A stretch of 61,269 bases of DNA, the filler included. It is 7 parts of 7 records of this genome, joined end to end, with 100 filler letters (N's around TTAATTAATTAA, not from the genome) between each part and the next. Parts side by side here need not be neighbours in the genome. Positions count along the whole stretch, not along the records: positions 22,747 to 29,279 come from DRR723986_16091; positions 29,380 to 37,224 come from DRR723986_16141; positions 37,325 to 46,511 come from DRR723986_16159; 4 more parts are not named here. One strand, given 5' to 3'. Both the position numbers and the translations under genes were made by a program. Under the pieces are notes generated by a model that made no database searches, was not told the origin of the DNA, and worked only from the letters and a program-made list of their open reading frames with translations. This document shows, piece after piece, positions 28,791 to 39,041 of the stretch; position 1 is the stretch's first letter; every line of letters begins with the position of its first letter.

Positions 28791-29053
28791 TGAATTGTCT
28801 CCTGAGTTATCGATTGTGGTGCGGCAATTAATCATCACCAGGGTCGAGTCTCCAATCGCTGATGGTGGAGGCTCGGCCCTTAATTTTTGCGACAAATTCT
28901 CGTGTCTCTCAGGCCGCCTTCAAGCTAAAAGTCTCAAGAGTTTGAGACAGGCTCAAGTAATTGTGGCCGAGGATTCAGCGCCTAACATGGGTAAAAAAGA
29001 GTAAGCCACCGAACGAAGTGGGAGGGGCGCAGCGCTGCCTTTTGCGCCAATAC

Positions 29054-29105
29054 CGCCCGCCAGAATCGCCCGCCAGAATTGTCCGCCAGAATCGCCCGCC
29101 AATAT
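29054..29105. repeat. 13-bp tandem array CGCCCGCCAGAAT x4
   Basis: Two exact and two variant copies. Confidence 0.9.
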
Positions 29106-29250
29106 CGGCCGAACCACGCCAAAGCAACACCACAGAATTGAGTTTGGGGTTCAAAAACAGGTCAGGAGCGCCCAAAACACCAGCCAAAATTCAGGTATAC
29201 CACCAGAAATAACGTGTAGTTACTCCACTTTGGGAGTGTGCACGCCCGCC

Positions 29251-29279
29251 AAAAACTAGCAAAAACTAGCAAAAACTAG
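29251..29279. repeat. 10-bp tandem array AAAAACTAGC x3 at contig end
   Basis: Read directly; truncated by the linker. Confidence 0.9.
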
Positions 29280-29379
29280 NNNNNNNNNNNNNNNNNNNNN
29301 NNNNNNNNNNNNNNNNNNNNNNNTTAATTAATTAANNNNNNNNNNNNNNNNNNNNNNNNNNNNNNNNNNNNNNNNNNNN
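29280..29379. other. Artificial contig linker
   Basis: 44 N + TTAATTAATTAA + 44 N. Confidence 0.99.
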
Positions 29380-29380
29380 C

Positions 29381-29539
29381 GTGCGTCAGCGCGGCACCAA
29401 GTTTTGGCCGGGCGAAGGCGTAGGCCTTGGTAAAGATCACACGATCTTTGCAACTGTTGAAGGTGCTGTCACCTTCCACAAGGGTCTCAAAAACCGCACC
29501 TTCATTTCGGTTCTGCCAGTGGCGGAAGCCGCAGAATAA
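29381..29539 (+). CDS. rpmA: 50S ribosomal protein L27, 5'-partial
   Basis: [24 protein letters not shown]...VLPVAEAAE*; not in the ORF track; lies upstream of obgE. Confidence 0.95.
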   Translation: MRQRGTKFWPGEGVGLGKDHTIFATVEGAVTFHKGLKNRTFISVLPVAEAAE

Positions 29540-29568
29540 GCCGTAACCTGAAGGTTAAGAAAAAATTC

Positions 29569-29600
29569 AGGGGGATCGGCGATAAACGCCGGTCCCCTTT
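29569..29600 (+). terminator. Probable terminator after rpmA
   Basis: GGGGATCGGC-gataaac-GCCGGTCCCC-TTT. Confidence 0.65.
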
Positions 29601-29626
29601 CTCGTTTCACCCATTTGTTACCCTGA

Positions 29627-30244
29627 GTGAGTATCATGGTCGTAGCCGCCGCCAGTTTCCTGATTTTTGCCGCCAGTCAAGTCGGTACACCGGGCCCGGC
29701 CAATATGGCTTTGCTCGCGACTGGGGCGCGGTTTGGGTTTCGGGCCGCCTTGCCCTTTGTGGTTGGAGTGGCTTTGGGGAAACAGCTTGTGATCTGGCCC
29801 GTCGGGTTTGGTTTGATGACGTTGGCGGATCAGGTGCCGTGGTTGTTTGAGGCGTTGAAGTACATTTCCGCAGCCTACATCTTTTGGCTGGCGTGGAAGG
29901 TTGCAAATTTGCGCCTCAGCAGTGCTGGAGGGCCAGAGAAGGCCCCAGGATTTGCGGCTGGTCTATTGGTGCACCCGCTAAACCCCAAAGCCTGGGGAAT
30001 GATCATTGCAGGATTTACTGGGTTTGTTGAACCTGGAACGCCTGTTTTGCAGGCAACAGCGGTTATAGCTCTCGTTTTGTTGAGCTGTCAGGTGGTTTTA
30101 CACCCCATTTGGACTTTTGCTGGGGATCGGATCGCGCATGCGGTTGAAGGTCGGCCCTCGGAGAAATATTTGATGTGGACACTGGCGGGGTTAACCGTCG
30201 CCTCTGTTCTTTTTGTGTTGTTCGGAGGAGGAGCGCACACATGA
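29627..30244 (+). CDS. LysE family translocator
   Basis: TPGPANM, FRAALPF, NPKAW and multiple TM segments. Confidence 0.9.
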   Translation: MSIMVVAAASFLIFAASQVGTPGPANMALLATGARFGFRAALPFVVGVALGKQLVIWPVGFGLMTLADQVPWLFEALKYISAAYIFWLAWKVANLRLSSAGGPEKAPGFAAGLLVHPLNPKAWGMIIAGFTGFVEPGTPVLQATAVIALVLLSCQVVLHPIWTFAGDRIAHAVEGRPSEKYLMWTLAGLTVASVLFVLFGGGAHT

Positions 30245-30780
30245 AACTTGATGCAATAATAAATCAGCCCGTGATTGAAACGGAACGGTTTGATCTGCGT
30301 CCATTGCGCCGGTCGGATTTAGGTCTGATCGAGCATTATGCATCGGATGAACGGGTGGCGCGAATGACCACGTCTATTCCTCATCCATTGCCACCTGGAT
30401 TGATCGAGGGATTCATTGCGCGAGCAATGACTGAGACCCGTGACGAAGATGTTTGGGCCATTGATGGATCCAAAGATGGCGGGAACGAGCTGAAGGGTGT
30501 GATCTCTTTGAAAAAGCTTGATCGCAACCAATCTGAGGTCGCCTATTGGGTCGCTCCGATCTTTTGGAACAGCGGCATTGCATCTTTGGCTGTCGAAGCG
30601 TTGGTTTCGGCAAATCCCATGAACAACGATACGATGTTTGCCAGTGTGTTTCAGGATAATCCCGCCTCGGCGCGGGTCCTGACGCATTGTGGGTTCCAAT
30701 ATCTGGGTGACGCCGAAAGCTTTGCTGTTGCGCGAGATGCGACTGTTCCGACATGGACGTACAGTCACAAGCTAAGCTGA
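30241..30780 (+). CDS. GNAT (RimJ/RimL-like) acetyltransferase
   Basis: IETERFDLRP, EVAYWV, NPASARVLTHCGF; ATGA overlap with the LysE gene. Confidence 0.88.
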   Translation: MKLDAIINQPVIETERFDLRPLRRSDLGLIEHYASDERVARMTTSIPHPLPPGLIEGFIARAMTETRDEDVWAIDGSKDGGNELKGVISLKKLDRNQSEVAYWVAPIFWNSGIASLAVEALVSANPMNNDTMFASVFQDNPASARVLTHCGFQYLGDAESFAVARDATVPTWTYSHKLS

Positions 30781-30952
30781 GCGAGGGCTGTCATCCTTCA
30801 ACGCACGCAGAAACACTCTAAAACAGGTACTGGCGTACTTGGGTTCCCGATAGCCTAAGGCGCCAGCGCTGCAAGAGACGGGAAAAACAGAGTTGACGCT
30901 TTGCCGCCTCCGTCTTAAACCCGCTTTTTCCATTGGTTCAGGGGCCTAAGCG

Positions 30953-31987
30953 ATGAAATTTCTCGATCTTGCAAAGGTCTACATTCGGTCCGGGGCCGGT
31001 GGCGGCGGCTGTGTCAGTTTCCGGCGTGAAAAGTTTATGGAATATGGCGGCCCTGATGGCGGCGACGGTGGTACCGGCGGATCAGTCTGGGCCGAAGTGG
31101 TTGATGGGCTGAATACGCTGATCGATTTCCGGTATCAGCAGCATTTCTTTGCCAACAATGGTCAACCCGGCAAAGGGCAGCAACGGACGGGCAAAGATGG
31201 TGATGACATCATTTTGCGTGTTCCTGTTGGCACCGAAATCCTGGACGAAGACCAAGAAACTGTTATCGCGGATCTGACCGAAGTCGGTCAGCGCATTTTG
31301 CTGGCGCGTGGCGGGAACGGTGGATTTGGGAACCTCCACTTTAAGTCCTCTACCAACCAAGCCCCGCGCCGTTCTAACCCTGGTCAAGAAGCGGTGGAAC
31401 GCACGCTCTGGCTGCGACTGAAGTTGATTGCCGATGTTGGTTTGTTGGGCTTACCAAATGCTGGGAAGTCAACGTTCTTGGCTGCAACGTCCAATGCGCG
31501 ACCGAAAATTGCAGATTACCCGTTCACGACCCTTCACCCCAATTTGGGCGTTGTAGGCATCGACGGTGTGGAATTCGTAATTGCGGATATCCCCGGCTTG
31601 ATTGCTGGCGCGCACGAAGGGCGCGGGATCGGAGATCGGTTCTTGGGTCACGTCGAACGGTGTGCCGTGTTGCTACACCTCGTGGATGGCACATCGGAAA
31701 CCGTCGCAGAGGATTACCATACCATCATTGGTGAACTCGAAGCCTATGGCGGGCATTTAGCGGATAAATCCCGCATCACTGTGCTCAATAAGATTGACGC
31801 CTTGGACGAAGACGAACTTGCCGAGGCCAAAGCAGAACTTGAAGAGGCAGTTGGCGCGCCTGTGATGGTCATGTCGGGGGTCGCAAAGCTGGGTGTTCCT
31901 GAGGTTCTGCGCGCCTTGCGTTCAGAAATCGACGAAGATCGATTGCGTTCTAAACCTGTGGAGGAGGCCCCTAAGTGGCATCCCTAA
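30953..31987 (+). CDS. obgE: GTPase ObgE/CgtA
   Basis: Gly-rich Obg domain, [23 protein letters not shown]. Confidence 0.98.
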   Translation: MKFLDLAKVYIRSGAGGGGCVSFRREKFMEYGGPDGGDGGTGGSVWAEVVDGLNTLIDFRYQQHFFANNGQPGKGQQRTGKDGDDIILRVPVGTEILDEDQETVIADLTEVGQRILLARGGNGGFGNLHFKSSTNQAPRRSNPGQEAVERTLWLRLKLIADVGLLGLPNAGKSTFLAATSNARPKIADYPFTTLHPNLGVVGIDGVEFVIADIPGLIAGAHEGRGIGDRFLGHVERCAVLLHLVDGTSETVAEDYHTIIGELEAYGGHLADKSRITVLNKIDALDEDELAEAKAELEEAVGAPVMVMSGVAKLGVPEVLRALRSEIDEDRLRSKPVEEAPKWHP

Positions 31988-33081
31988 AACAAGCCAAACG
32001 CTTAGTGGTGAAAATTGGCTCGGCCTTGCTTGTTGATCGTAACACCGGGGCGCTGAAATCTGATTGGCTGCATTCTCTGGCAGCCGATGTGACCTGGCTC
32101 AAGTCGATGGGCACAGACGTGATTTTGGTGTCCTCTGGATCGATCGCCCTTGGCCGGGGCGTTTTGGGTTTGCCAGCCATGGAATTGCCCTTGGAGCAAT
32201 CCCAAGCTGCCGCCGCAGTTGGGCAAATTCGATTGGCGCGCGCCTATGAAGAGGCGCTGGCGCCTCATGGGATCAAAACCGCACAAATACTTGTTACGCT
32301 CGAAGACAGTGCCGATCGACGTCGGTATTTGAATTCTCGGGCTACAATGGAAACCTTGCTCGGGTTGGGTGTGGTTCCGATTGTTAACGAGAATGACACC
32401 ATCGCAACGGATGAAATCCGATATGGTGACAATGATCGTTTGGCGGCGCAGGTTGCGGTTACCGCCGGGGCAGATCAGTTGATCTTATTGTCGGATGTTG
32501 ATGGGTTCTATACCGGGAACCCTGCCGAGGATCCGACCGCGACACGGTATGATGAGATTCATGAAATCACACCTGAAATCGAAGCTATGGCTGGCGACGC
32601 GGGATCGGGTTTATCCAAAGGTGGGATGAAAACAAAACTGCTTGCCGCCAAAATGGCGACGGCGGCTGGCTGCGATATGGCGATCACCGAAGGATCACCT
32701 CTCAACCCATTGAAAACACTTGAATCTGGTGCGCATTCGACTTGGTTTGGGGCCACCGAAGATCCACAAGCTGCGCGAAAGCGCTGGATCGCTGCGATGA
32801 AACCGCGTGGTGAGGTTCATGTGGATTTGGGTGCAGCGAGGGCGCTCGGGAATGGGAAAAGCCTGCTGCCAGCAGGTGTTTCAAAAGTGAATGGCAAATT
32901 TGGGCGCGGTGATCCGGTGGCAATTGTTGATCCTGATGGGCGTATTTTGGGGCAGGGCTTAACGCGCTACACTGCGCAAGAGGCCCAAGCGATCAAAGGT
33001 CGCAAGTCTGCGGACATCGAGCCAACACTTGGGTACCCGGGACGCGCGGCTTTGGTCCATCGCGACGACATGGCGCTGTAA
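31975..33081 (+). CDS. proB: Glutamate 5-kinase
   Basis: VVKIGS, VSSGSI, NEND, GDND, GGMKTK and a PUA domain. Confidence 0.97.
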   Translation: MASLKQAKRLVVKIGSALLVDRNTGALKSDWLHSLAADVTWLKSMGTDVILVSSGSIALGRGVLGLPAMELPLEQSQAAAAVGQIRLARAYEEALAPHGIKTAQILVTLEDSADRRRYLNSRATMETLLGLGVVPIVNENDTIATDEIRYGDNDRLAAQVAVTAGADQLILLSDVDGFYTGNPAEDPTATRYDEIHEITPEIEAMAGDAGSGLSKGGMKTKLLAAKMATAAGCDMAITEGSPLNPLKTLESGAHSTWFGATEDPQAARKRWIAAMKPRGEVHVDLGAARALGNGKSLLPAGVSKVNGKFGRGDPVAIVDPDGRILGQGLTRYTAQEAQAIKGRKSADIEPTLGYPGRAALVHRDDMAL

Positions 33082-33162
33082 ACTGTTCCTCTCAAACGCT
33101 TTCTCTTTTCTTTCTGGCGGCATAAAGTTCAGGTGCCCCAACTCAGACCTAAGGCGCACGAT

Positions 33163-34425
33163 ATGAAAGATCTCGACAACATTCCCGCCCTGATGGCCGA
33201 CATTGGTACACGGGCAAAAGAAGCTTCCAAAGATTTGGCTTTTGCTACCGCTGAACGCAAACACGCAGCGCTCATTTCGGCTGCTGATGCGGTTTGGCGC
33301 AATCGTGCAGACATTATTGCGGCCAATGCCAAGGACCTTGAGTTTGGTCGTGACAAGGGGTTGAGCCCGGCGATGATGGATCGTCTGATGTTGGACGAAA
33401 CACGCATTCAGGGGATGGTTGATGGGCTGCGCACAGTTGCAGAACAGGCCGATCCTGTGGGCGAGGTTTTGGCCGAATGGGACATGCCTTCGGGTTTGAA
33501 TATCCAGCGGGTGCGCACGCCTTTGGGTGTGATCGGTGTGATCTATGAAAGCCGCCCCAATGTAACGGCGGATGCCGGGGCACTCTGCTTGAAGTCTGGG
33601 AATGCCGTCATCTTGCGCGGCGGTTCCGAGAGCTTTCATTCCTCCGGTGCGATCCACGCGTGTTTGGTCGAGGGTCTCAAGGCGGCTGGCCTGCCTGAAG
33701 GGGCCATTCAATTGGTCCCAACACGGGACCGCGCCGCCGTTCAAGAGCTATTGACGATGACGGATACCGTTGATGTGATTGTACCGCGTGGCGGCAAAGG
33801 TTTAGTCGGGCTTGTTCAACGCGAAGCGCGCGTTCCCGTTTTTGCCCATCTCGAAGGCATCGTGCACATTTACATCGACAAAGCAGCCGATTTGCAAAAA
33901 ACGATGGACGTGGTGCTGAACGCCAAAACGCGGCGCACCGGGATCTGTGGAGCCGCCGAATGTTTGCTTGTTCACCAAGATGTCGTTGAAACCATTGGGC
34001 AGGATATTATTGCCGCGCTGGTTGCTGCGGGCGTGGAGGTACATGCCCAAGGTTCATTGGCACAGGATGGAACTACGCCTGCAAGTGATGCGGATTGGGG
34101 GCAAGAATTCCTCGATATGATCATCGCAGCCAAGCCTGTTGCGAACGTGGACGAAGCCATTGAGCACATCCGGGCCTATGGATCAAGCCATACCGATTGC
34201 ATTTTGACCGAGGACACGGCAACCGCAGCTCGGTTCTTTGAGCGTCTGGATAGTGCGATATTGATGCACAATGCCTCAACCCAGTTTGCGGATGGCGGTG
34301 AATTTGGGATGGGGGCAGAAATCGGGATCGCAACGGGTAAAATGCATGCGCGTGGCCCAGTTGGGGCGTCTCAGCTTACCAGCTTCAAATACCTGGTGCG
34401 CGGAAACGGTACTGTCCGTAAATAA
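33163..34425 (+). CDS. proA: Glutamate-5-semialdehyde dehydrogenase
   Basis: [36 protein letters not shown]. Confidence 0.97.
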   Translation: MKDLDNIPALMADIGTRAKEASKDLAFATAERKHAALISAADAVWRNRADIIAANAKDLEFGRDKGLSPAMMDRLMLDETRIQGMVDGLRTVAEQADPVGEVLAEWDMPSGLNIQRVRTPLGVIGVIYESRPNVTADAGALCLKSGNAVILRGGSESFHSSGAIHACLVEGLKAAGLPEGAIQLVPTRDRAAVQELLTMTDTVDVIVPRGGKGLVGLVQREARVPVFAHLEGIVHIYIDKAADLQKTMDVVLNAKTRRTGICGAAECLLVHQDVVETIGQDIIAALVAAGVEVHAQGSLAQDGTTPASDADWGQEFLDMIIAAKPVANVDEAIEHIRAYGSSHTDCILTEDTATAARFFERLDSAILMHNASTQFADGGEFGMGAEIGIATGKMHARGPVGASQLTSFKYLVRGNGTVRK

Positions 34426-34466
34426 AACGCTTTAGTGAGCACCCGGTCACAGGCCGGGTGCAGATC

Positions 34467-35063
34467 CTAAAAACGAATTGTCACGGTGGTATCGGTGATA
34501 TCTGTCGTAACCCCCCGGCCAAGGTCGGCTGCATGGGTTGGCAACAATGCAAACTGTACCTGTGCAGGGGTCACATTTTGCGTATTTTCAGGTGTACCGA
34601 GGCCGCCCCAAAGGATGGGGTCGATTTTCAATTTCTCGGCTGTTCCCATGATCATCCACTTTCCAGCGTCATACATGAGATGCACGGTGCCTCCAAAAGG
34701 CATGGCGGTTTCGCAGCATTGCAGCGCCAGAAAGGCCAATCGCACTTCGGATCTTGGATGGGCCTCTTGGGACGTCCACTGGGTGTCCAAGCGACTGCCG
34801 GCCCTAAGATCTTGCAAAATGCTCACCACTTCGGCGCGTCCTACGGGTTGTTCGCTGGCCCCACCATAAGCAATACGAAAAAATCGGATACGCGCCCCTG
34901 CATTCCCAACACTATCGGCAATCAGGTCCATTTCAGGGCCTTGGGTGCTTCCGCCCATGCCCAGCAGTTCCAACCCGTTGTTTATTGCCCCGATAGGGCT
35001 GATCAGATCATGACAGATCCGTGACCCAATCAATGCCGCCAGGTTGACGTTGCTTTCACCCAT
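34467..35063 (-). CDS. chpT: Histidine phosphotransferase ChpT
   Basis: SRICHDLISPIGAINNGLELL and RFFRIAYG. Confidence 0.92.
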   Translation of the reverse strand: MGESNVNLAALIGSRICHDLISPIGAINNGLELLGMGGSTQGPEMDLIADSVGNAGARIRFFRIAYGGASEQPVGRAEVVSILQDLRAGSRLDTQWTSQEAHPRSEVRLAFLALQCCETAMPFGGTVHLMYDAGKWMIMGTAEKLKIDPILWGGLGTPENTQNVTPAQVQFALLPTHAADLGRGVTTDITDTTVTIRF

Positions 35064-35110
35064 GCGTTACCTCCTACTCGTGTATCCATCTCTTCGGCCA
35101 GGAGCCGCAT

Positions 35111-35293
35111 ATGACAGACCTCAATGCTATCTTTGCACCTGGCATGTTCGTGCGCCATCCCGATTTCCATGATTGGGGGATTGGGCAAGTCCAATCCAAC
35201 ATCGGTGGTAAGATTACCGTGAATTTCCGCGATCAGGGGAAAGTAGTGATTGATGGAGCACGCGTTGCCTTGTTACCTGTCTTTGATCTGTGA
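35111..35293 (+). CDS. DUF3553 family small protein
   Basis: PGMFVRHP..DWGIGQVQS..ITVNF...GKVVID. Confidence 0.85.
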   Translation: MTDLNAIFAPGMFVRHPDFHDWGIGQVQSNIGGKITVNFRDQGKVVIDGARVALLPVFDL

Positions 35294-35401
35294 AACTGGT
35301 TGATGAAAAGTTAACGAAAGCAAGGAACTTGCGTTGGTGTGTTGCCAATTCCGACAATATTGAGGTATCAGCACGCAACCTCTCTGATGTAGTGAAACCC
35401 C

Positions 35402-36157
35402 ATGGCGAATGACGGTCCTGACATTACCATCAAAATCGCTGAAACCGATGATGAACTGCGAGCGGCGCAGCGTCTACGCTATGATGTTTTTGTTCAAGAG
35501 CTTGGCGGCGGCGGAGAGATGGTCGACCATGATCAAAAGTTAGAGCAAGACCGCTTTGATCCTTTTTTTGACCACATGCTGGCCACCGACACGGAAACCG
35601 GCGCAGTTATCGGCGTTTACCGTCTGTTGCGTGGTGAGCAAGCACAGGCCATGGGGCAATTTTATTCAGAAGACGAATATGACCTTAGCATTCTCAGAAA
35701 CAGTGGCCGTAAGCTGTTGGAATTGGGACGTTCCTGCTTGCACCCAGATTATCGCGGTGGCACGGCGATGTTTCATTTGTGGAATGGTCTGGCCCAATAT
35801 GTTGCCCAACACGAGATAGAAATCCTGTTTGGGGTCGCTAGCTTTCATGGAACTGATCTCCAAACTCTGGCGCAGCCGCTTTCGATGCTGCATCACAATC
35901 ATCTTGCACCCGAAGATCTGCGTGTCCGAACCCAGCCGGATCATTATGTGGATATGAACAGGCTTGCCGCTACGGATTTAGATCGACGTAAGGCGATGTT
36001 AGAGGTGCCAGCACTGATAAAAGCATACCTACGGTTGGGGGGATTTGTGGGTGATGGCGCTTTTTTGGATCATGCCTTTAACACCACTGATGTGTGTTTA
36101 GTGTTGGACACAAACCGGATGAATGCTCGCCAACGACGCATTTATAGCGGAGCATAA
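35402..36157 (+). CDS. olsB: L-ornithine N-alpha-acyltransferase
   Basis: AQRLRYDVF, FYSEDEY, ELGRSC, LIKAYLRLG; adjacent to an acyltransferase. Confidence 0.88.
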   Translation: MANDGPDITIKIAETDDELRAAQRLRYDVFVQELGGGGEMVDHDQKLEQDRFDPFFDHMLATDTETGAVIGVYRLLRGEQAQAMGQFYSEDEYDLSILRNSGRKLLELGRSCLHPDYRGGTAMFHLWNGLAQYVAQHEIEILFGVASFHGTDLQTLAQPLSMLHHNHLAPEDLRVRTQPDHYVDMNRLAATDLDRRKAMLEVPALIKAYLRLGGFVGDGAFLDHAFNTTDVCLVLDTNRMNARQRRIYSGA

Positions 36158-36159
36158 GA

Positions 36160-37011
36160 ATGGCGCCCTTGTGGGATAGTGAAGAGGCTGCAGATCCAAT
36201 CGTAATCGGCCCGCTTGGCTGGGTGTTGGTGGGGCTGCGCGGTGTGCCGCTTGCTGTGTTGGTTTTCGGCGGATTGGTTATTCTGCTATTGATTCGACTT
36301 GTTGAACGGCCGATTTGCGGACTGCAGCGCCCTGTAACGCCATTCATCACCCAGTTTGTGTGTCGCAATGCATTTCGAATTCTGGGGGTTGGATTCAAAT
36401 CGACCGGCGAATTGATGAAACAACGCGGCGCCGTGGTCGCAAATCACACGTCCTGGCTCGATATTTTTGCCTTGAATGCGCGCAAGCGGATTTACTTTGT
36501 GTCGAAATCCGAAGTTGCAAATTGGCCGGGCATTGGCTGGTTGGCGCGCGCAACGGGGACTGTCTTCATCGAACGCAACCCCAAGAAGGCGCGGGAACAA
36601 ACAGCAGTTTTCGAAGATCGATTGAAAGCTGGCCACAAATTGTTGTTCTTTCCCGAAGGAACTTCGACAGATGGTTTGCGGGTTCTTCCTTTTAAAACAA
36701 CGCTTTTCGCCGCGTTTTTTTCTGATCAGATCCGCGACTTCATGTATGTTCAACCCGTTTCTGCGGTCTTTCATGCCCCACAAGGGGAACCGGACCGTTT
36801 TTACGGATGGTGGGGCGATATGGAGTTTGCTCCTCATCTTCTAAAGACCCTTGCTGCGCCACGACAGGGATGGATTGAGCTGATTTACCATAACCCGGCC
36901 AAGGTTTCCGACTTTGCCAACCGCAAGGCGCTTGCGGCGCACTGCGAAGCAGCGGTACGCCAAGGCCATGAGATGGCACGCGCAACTGAGAAAGACATCT
37001 CTAAGGCCTGA
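36160..37011 (+). CDS. olsA: Lyso-ornithine lipid O-acyltransferase (PlsC family)
   Basis: NHTSWLD and FPEGTS; follows olsB. Confidence 0.85.
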   Translation: MAPLWDSEEAADPIVIGPLGWVLVGLRGVPLAVLVFGGLVILLLIRLVERPICGLQRPVTPFITQFVCRNAFRILGVGFKSTGELMKQRGAVVANHTSWLDIFALNARKRIYFVSKSEVANWPGIGWLARATGTVFIERNPKKAREQTAVFEDRLKAGHKLLFFPEGTSTDGLRVLPFKTTLFAAFFSDQIRDFMYVQPVSAVFHAPQGEPDRFYGWWGDMEFAPHLLKTLAAPRQGWIELIYHNPAKVSDFANRKALAAHCEAAVRQGHEMARATEKDISKA

Positions 37012-37057
37012 ATGTCCCTTGTGCCTTTGACCAACCTGTCGTATATGCGCGCCATTC

Positions 37058-37160
37058 AAACCCGCAGGCGGGGTTTGGGTCTGTTCAGGGGAGACATCCC
37101 TGACGTGACCGCCGGTTGGAGCATCCGCTCTGAACCCCCGCCGAGGCGCAAACCGGAAAA
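37058..37160 (+). promoter_or_regulatory. Structured rpsB 5' leader (probable S2 autoregulatory RNA)
   Basis: GGCGGGG...CCCCGCC pairing with internal hairpins directly upstream of rpsB. Confidence 0.45.
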
Positions 37161-37172
37161 AGGATATTGAGC

Positions 37173-37224
37173 ATGGCTCTTCCCGAGTTCACATTGCGTC
37201 AGCTGCTCGAAGCTGGCGTTCACT
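37173..37224 (+). CDS. rpsB: 30S ribosomal protein S2, N-terminal fragment
   Basis: MALPEFTLRQLLEAGVH after an AAGGA RBS. Confidence 0.93.
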
Positions 37225-37324
37225 NNNNNNNNNNNNNNNNNNNNNNNNNNNNNNNNNNNNNNNNNNNNTTAATTAATTAANNNNNNNNNNNNNNNNNNNN
37301 NNNNNNNNNNNNNNNNNNNNNNNN
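37225..37324. other. Artificial contig linker
   Basis: 44 N + TTAATTAATTAA + 44 N. Confidence 0.99.
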
Positions 37325-37519
37325 ACAGCTCTTTTTATACACCGCTCGCAATCCAAGCCGCTGCGGGACTCGACGCAGTCTCAAAGCCTTTGGGATTGTG
37401 ACTCAGCGCCAAACATGATCATCAAAAAAGCCTGAGGACGCAGACAGACCGCAGGGATGGCCAGAACTCAAAGCGCTCAAGGGAAGAGTTGACAATTTGT
37501 GGCGCTGAGCCGTAAACGA

Positions 37520-37552
37520 AAAAAGCCGCCCTCAATCATGAGAACGGCTTTT
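37520..37552 (-). terminator. Probable (bidirectional) terminator
   Basis: AAAAAGCCG...CGGCTTTTT downstream of the hydrolase gene. Confidence 0.65.
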
Positions 37553-37590
37553 ATTTCTAAACACCCGGCTTAAACAACGAACCAGAAGTG

Positions 37591-38277
37591 TTATTTTGTT
37601 AACTCGTGTGAGGCACCGACGTCCAGCAGGATCAGATTTTTATCGGCAGCGGCCATTGTGTTTTTAGCCGCAGCTTTATCGATTTCAATCCAGGGAAAGG
37701 TATCGTAATGCATGCCCAGCACGTCGCGACAGTTCATGAATTTAGCGGCCTCAGCAGCATCAGCGGCGTCCATTGTGAAGTTGCCACCGATTGGCATAAT
37801 TGCCAGATCAACATTGTGATATTCGCCAAGGAAGCGCATGTCGGGGCTAAGGGCCGTGTCACCTGCAAAGTAGATGCAGCCTTCGTCATTCGTGACAACA
37901 AAACCAGCCGGCGCACCTGCGTAGGAACCGTCCGGGAAGGAATTGGAATGCACGGCATTCACCATTTTAACACGTCCAAAATCGAAGTCCCACGCACCAC
38001 CAATATTCATTGGATGCACGTTTTCGACGCCCTGTGCAGCACACCAATTTGTCAACTCATAGATGCCGACAACTTTGGCGCCCGTGCGTTTGGCAATTGG
38101 AACCAAGTCAGCAACGTGGTCTTCGTGCCCGTGTGAAGCCAGGATGTAATCACATTCGATTTCATCGATGTTAATATTTGACGCCAAAGCGTTTGGAGTG
38201 ATAAATGGATCGAAGAGAATCTTCTTGCCACCAGTTTCCAGCAGGAAACTCGAATGACCGAAATATGTTAATTTCAT
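37591..38277 (-). CDS. Metal-dependent hydrolase (UPF0173, metallo-beta-lactamase fold)
   Basis: GHSSF, DPF, SHGHEDH, AGDT, PIGGNFTM, MHYDTF. Confidence 0.92.
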   Translation of the reverse strand: MKLTYFGHSSFLLETGGKKILFDPFITPNALASNINIDEIECDYILASHGHEDHVADLVPIAKRTGAKVVGIYELTNWCAAQGVENVHPMNIGGAWDFDFGRVKMVNAVHSNSFPDGSYAGAPAGFVVTNDEGCIYFAGDTALSPDMRFLGEYHNVDLAIMPIGGNFTMDAADAAEAAKFMNCRDVLGMHYDTFPWIEIDKAAAKNTMAAADKNLILLDVGASHELTK

Positions 38278-38331
38278 AATAAAATAGTGTTTTGTATGAG
38301 GGCGATAAAAATAGATCCGGAAACTGCATGA

Positions 38332-39021
38332 TCAGTTAAACGGATCCGAAACTTTGGTGGCCTTTACTACCAGGTCATCCTTTTGGCCTGCTGCAGCCGC
38401 AACAACCTTGAGGCGACGGTTAACGATGCGGCCCTTGGACTTCATATATTCGGAAACGGCTTTAACATGTGCGCCGCCTTTGCCTACACTGAGCTGGACA
38501 TTAACCTGACGGTTACTCATTAACATCTTGGCGACTTTATCCAGATTGCGTTTACCTTCAGCAGAAAGTGAAGCACCACTGAAGAGCTGAGCTTCCATCA
38601 AAACATTTCCGGCTTTGATAACACGTACCGTGCGCTCGCGTTCGGCAATATAGTACTCGCCATTATCCTGAATGTGAACTGTATCTTCGGAAGATAAAAT
38701 ATCGAGGCCGGAGAACTTGATAGTATAAGTCTTGCCCTGATCCATCACCTGTTTAATCAGGCCTTCCTTGGGAGTTGTCCGTCCTTTAACAACACTATTA
38801 CCTTCACTGTCCAGAATCTTGTATTCAACAACGATTGGTTTATTGGTTGCTTTATCTTTAACATAACAGAGAAACAAGGAAGAGTTTTTGCCTTGAGCAT
38901 TAAGCTGAGCAGGATTAACAGCCTGCAGGGAAAGCGTCAAAGCACAGCAAATTACAGCAGCAAACAAGGTCCGCACGAGTTGGCCGGCTGGTTTAGTCAT
39001 TTTTGACATGGAAGTATTCAC
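38332..39021 (-). CDS. Secreted protein with an Ig-like domain and a degenerate OmpA-like domain
   Basis: Signal-like N-terminus, VKDKATNKPI, LSAEGKRNLDKVAKML; no GHTD/LSxxRA motif. Confidence 0.65.
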   Translation of the reverse strand: MNTSMSKMTKPAGQLVRTLFAAVICCALTLSLQAVNPAQLNAQGKNSSLFLCYVKDKATNKPIVVEYKILDSEGNSVVKGRTTPKEGLIKQVMDQGKTYTIKFSGLDILSSEDTVHIQDNGEYYIAERERTVRVIKAGNVLMEAQLFSGASLSAEGKRNLDKVAKMLMSNRQVNVQLSVGKGGAHVKAVSEYMKSKGRIVNRRLKVVAAAAGQKDDLVVKATKVSDPFN

Positions 39022-39041
39022 TTTAAAATATTGTAGAATGT

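Noticed and set aside
28575-29004. ORFs with GRIF / MRPK repeats
   Set aside because: They are by-products of the 12-bp array, open on both strands with no supporting motif or RBS.
29380-37224. chpT-DUF3553-olsBA near proBA/obgE as a novel cluster
   Set aside because: All are recognised core Rhodobacteraceae genes in an ordinary arrangement.
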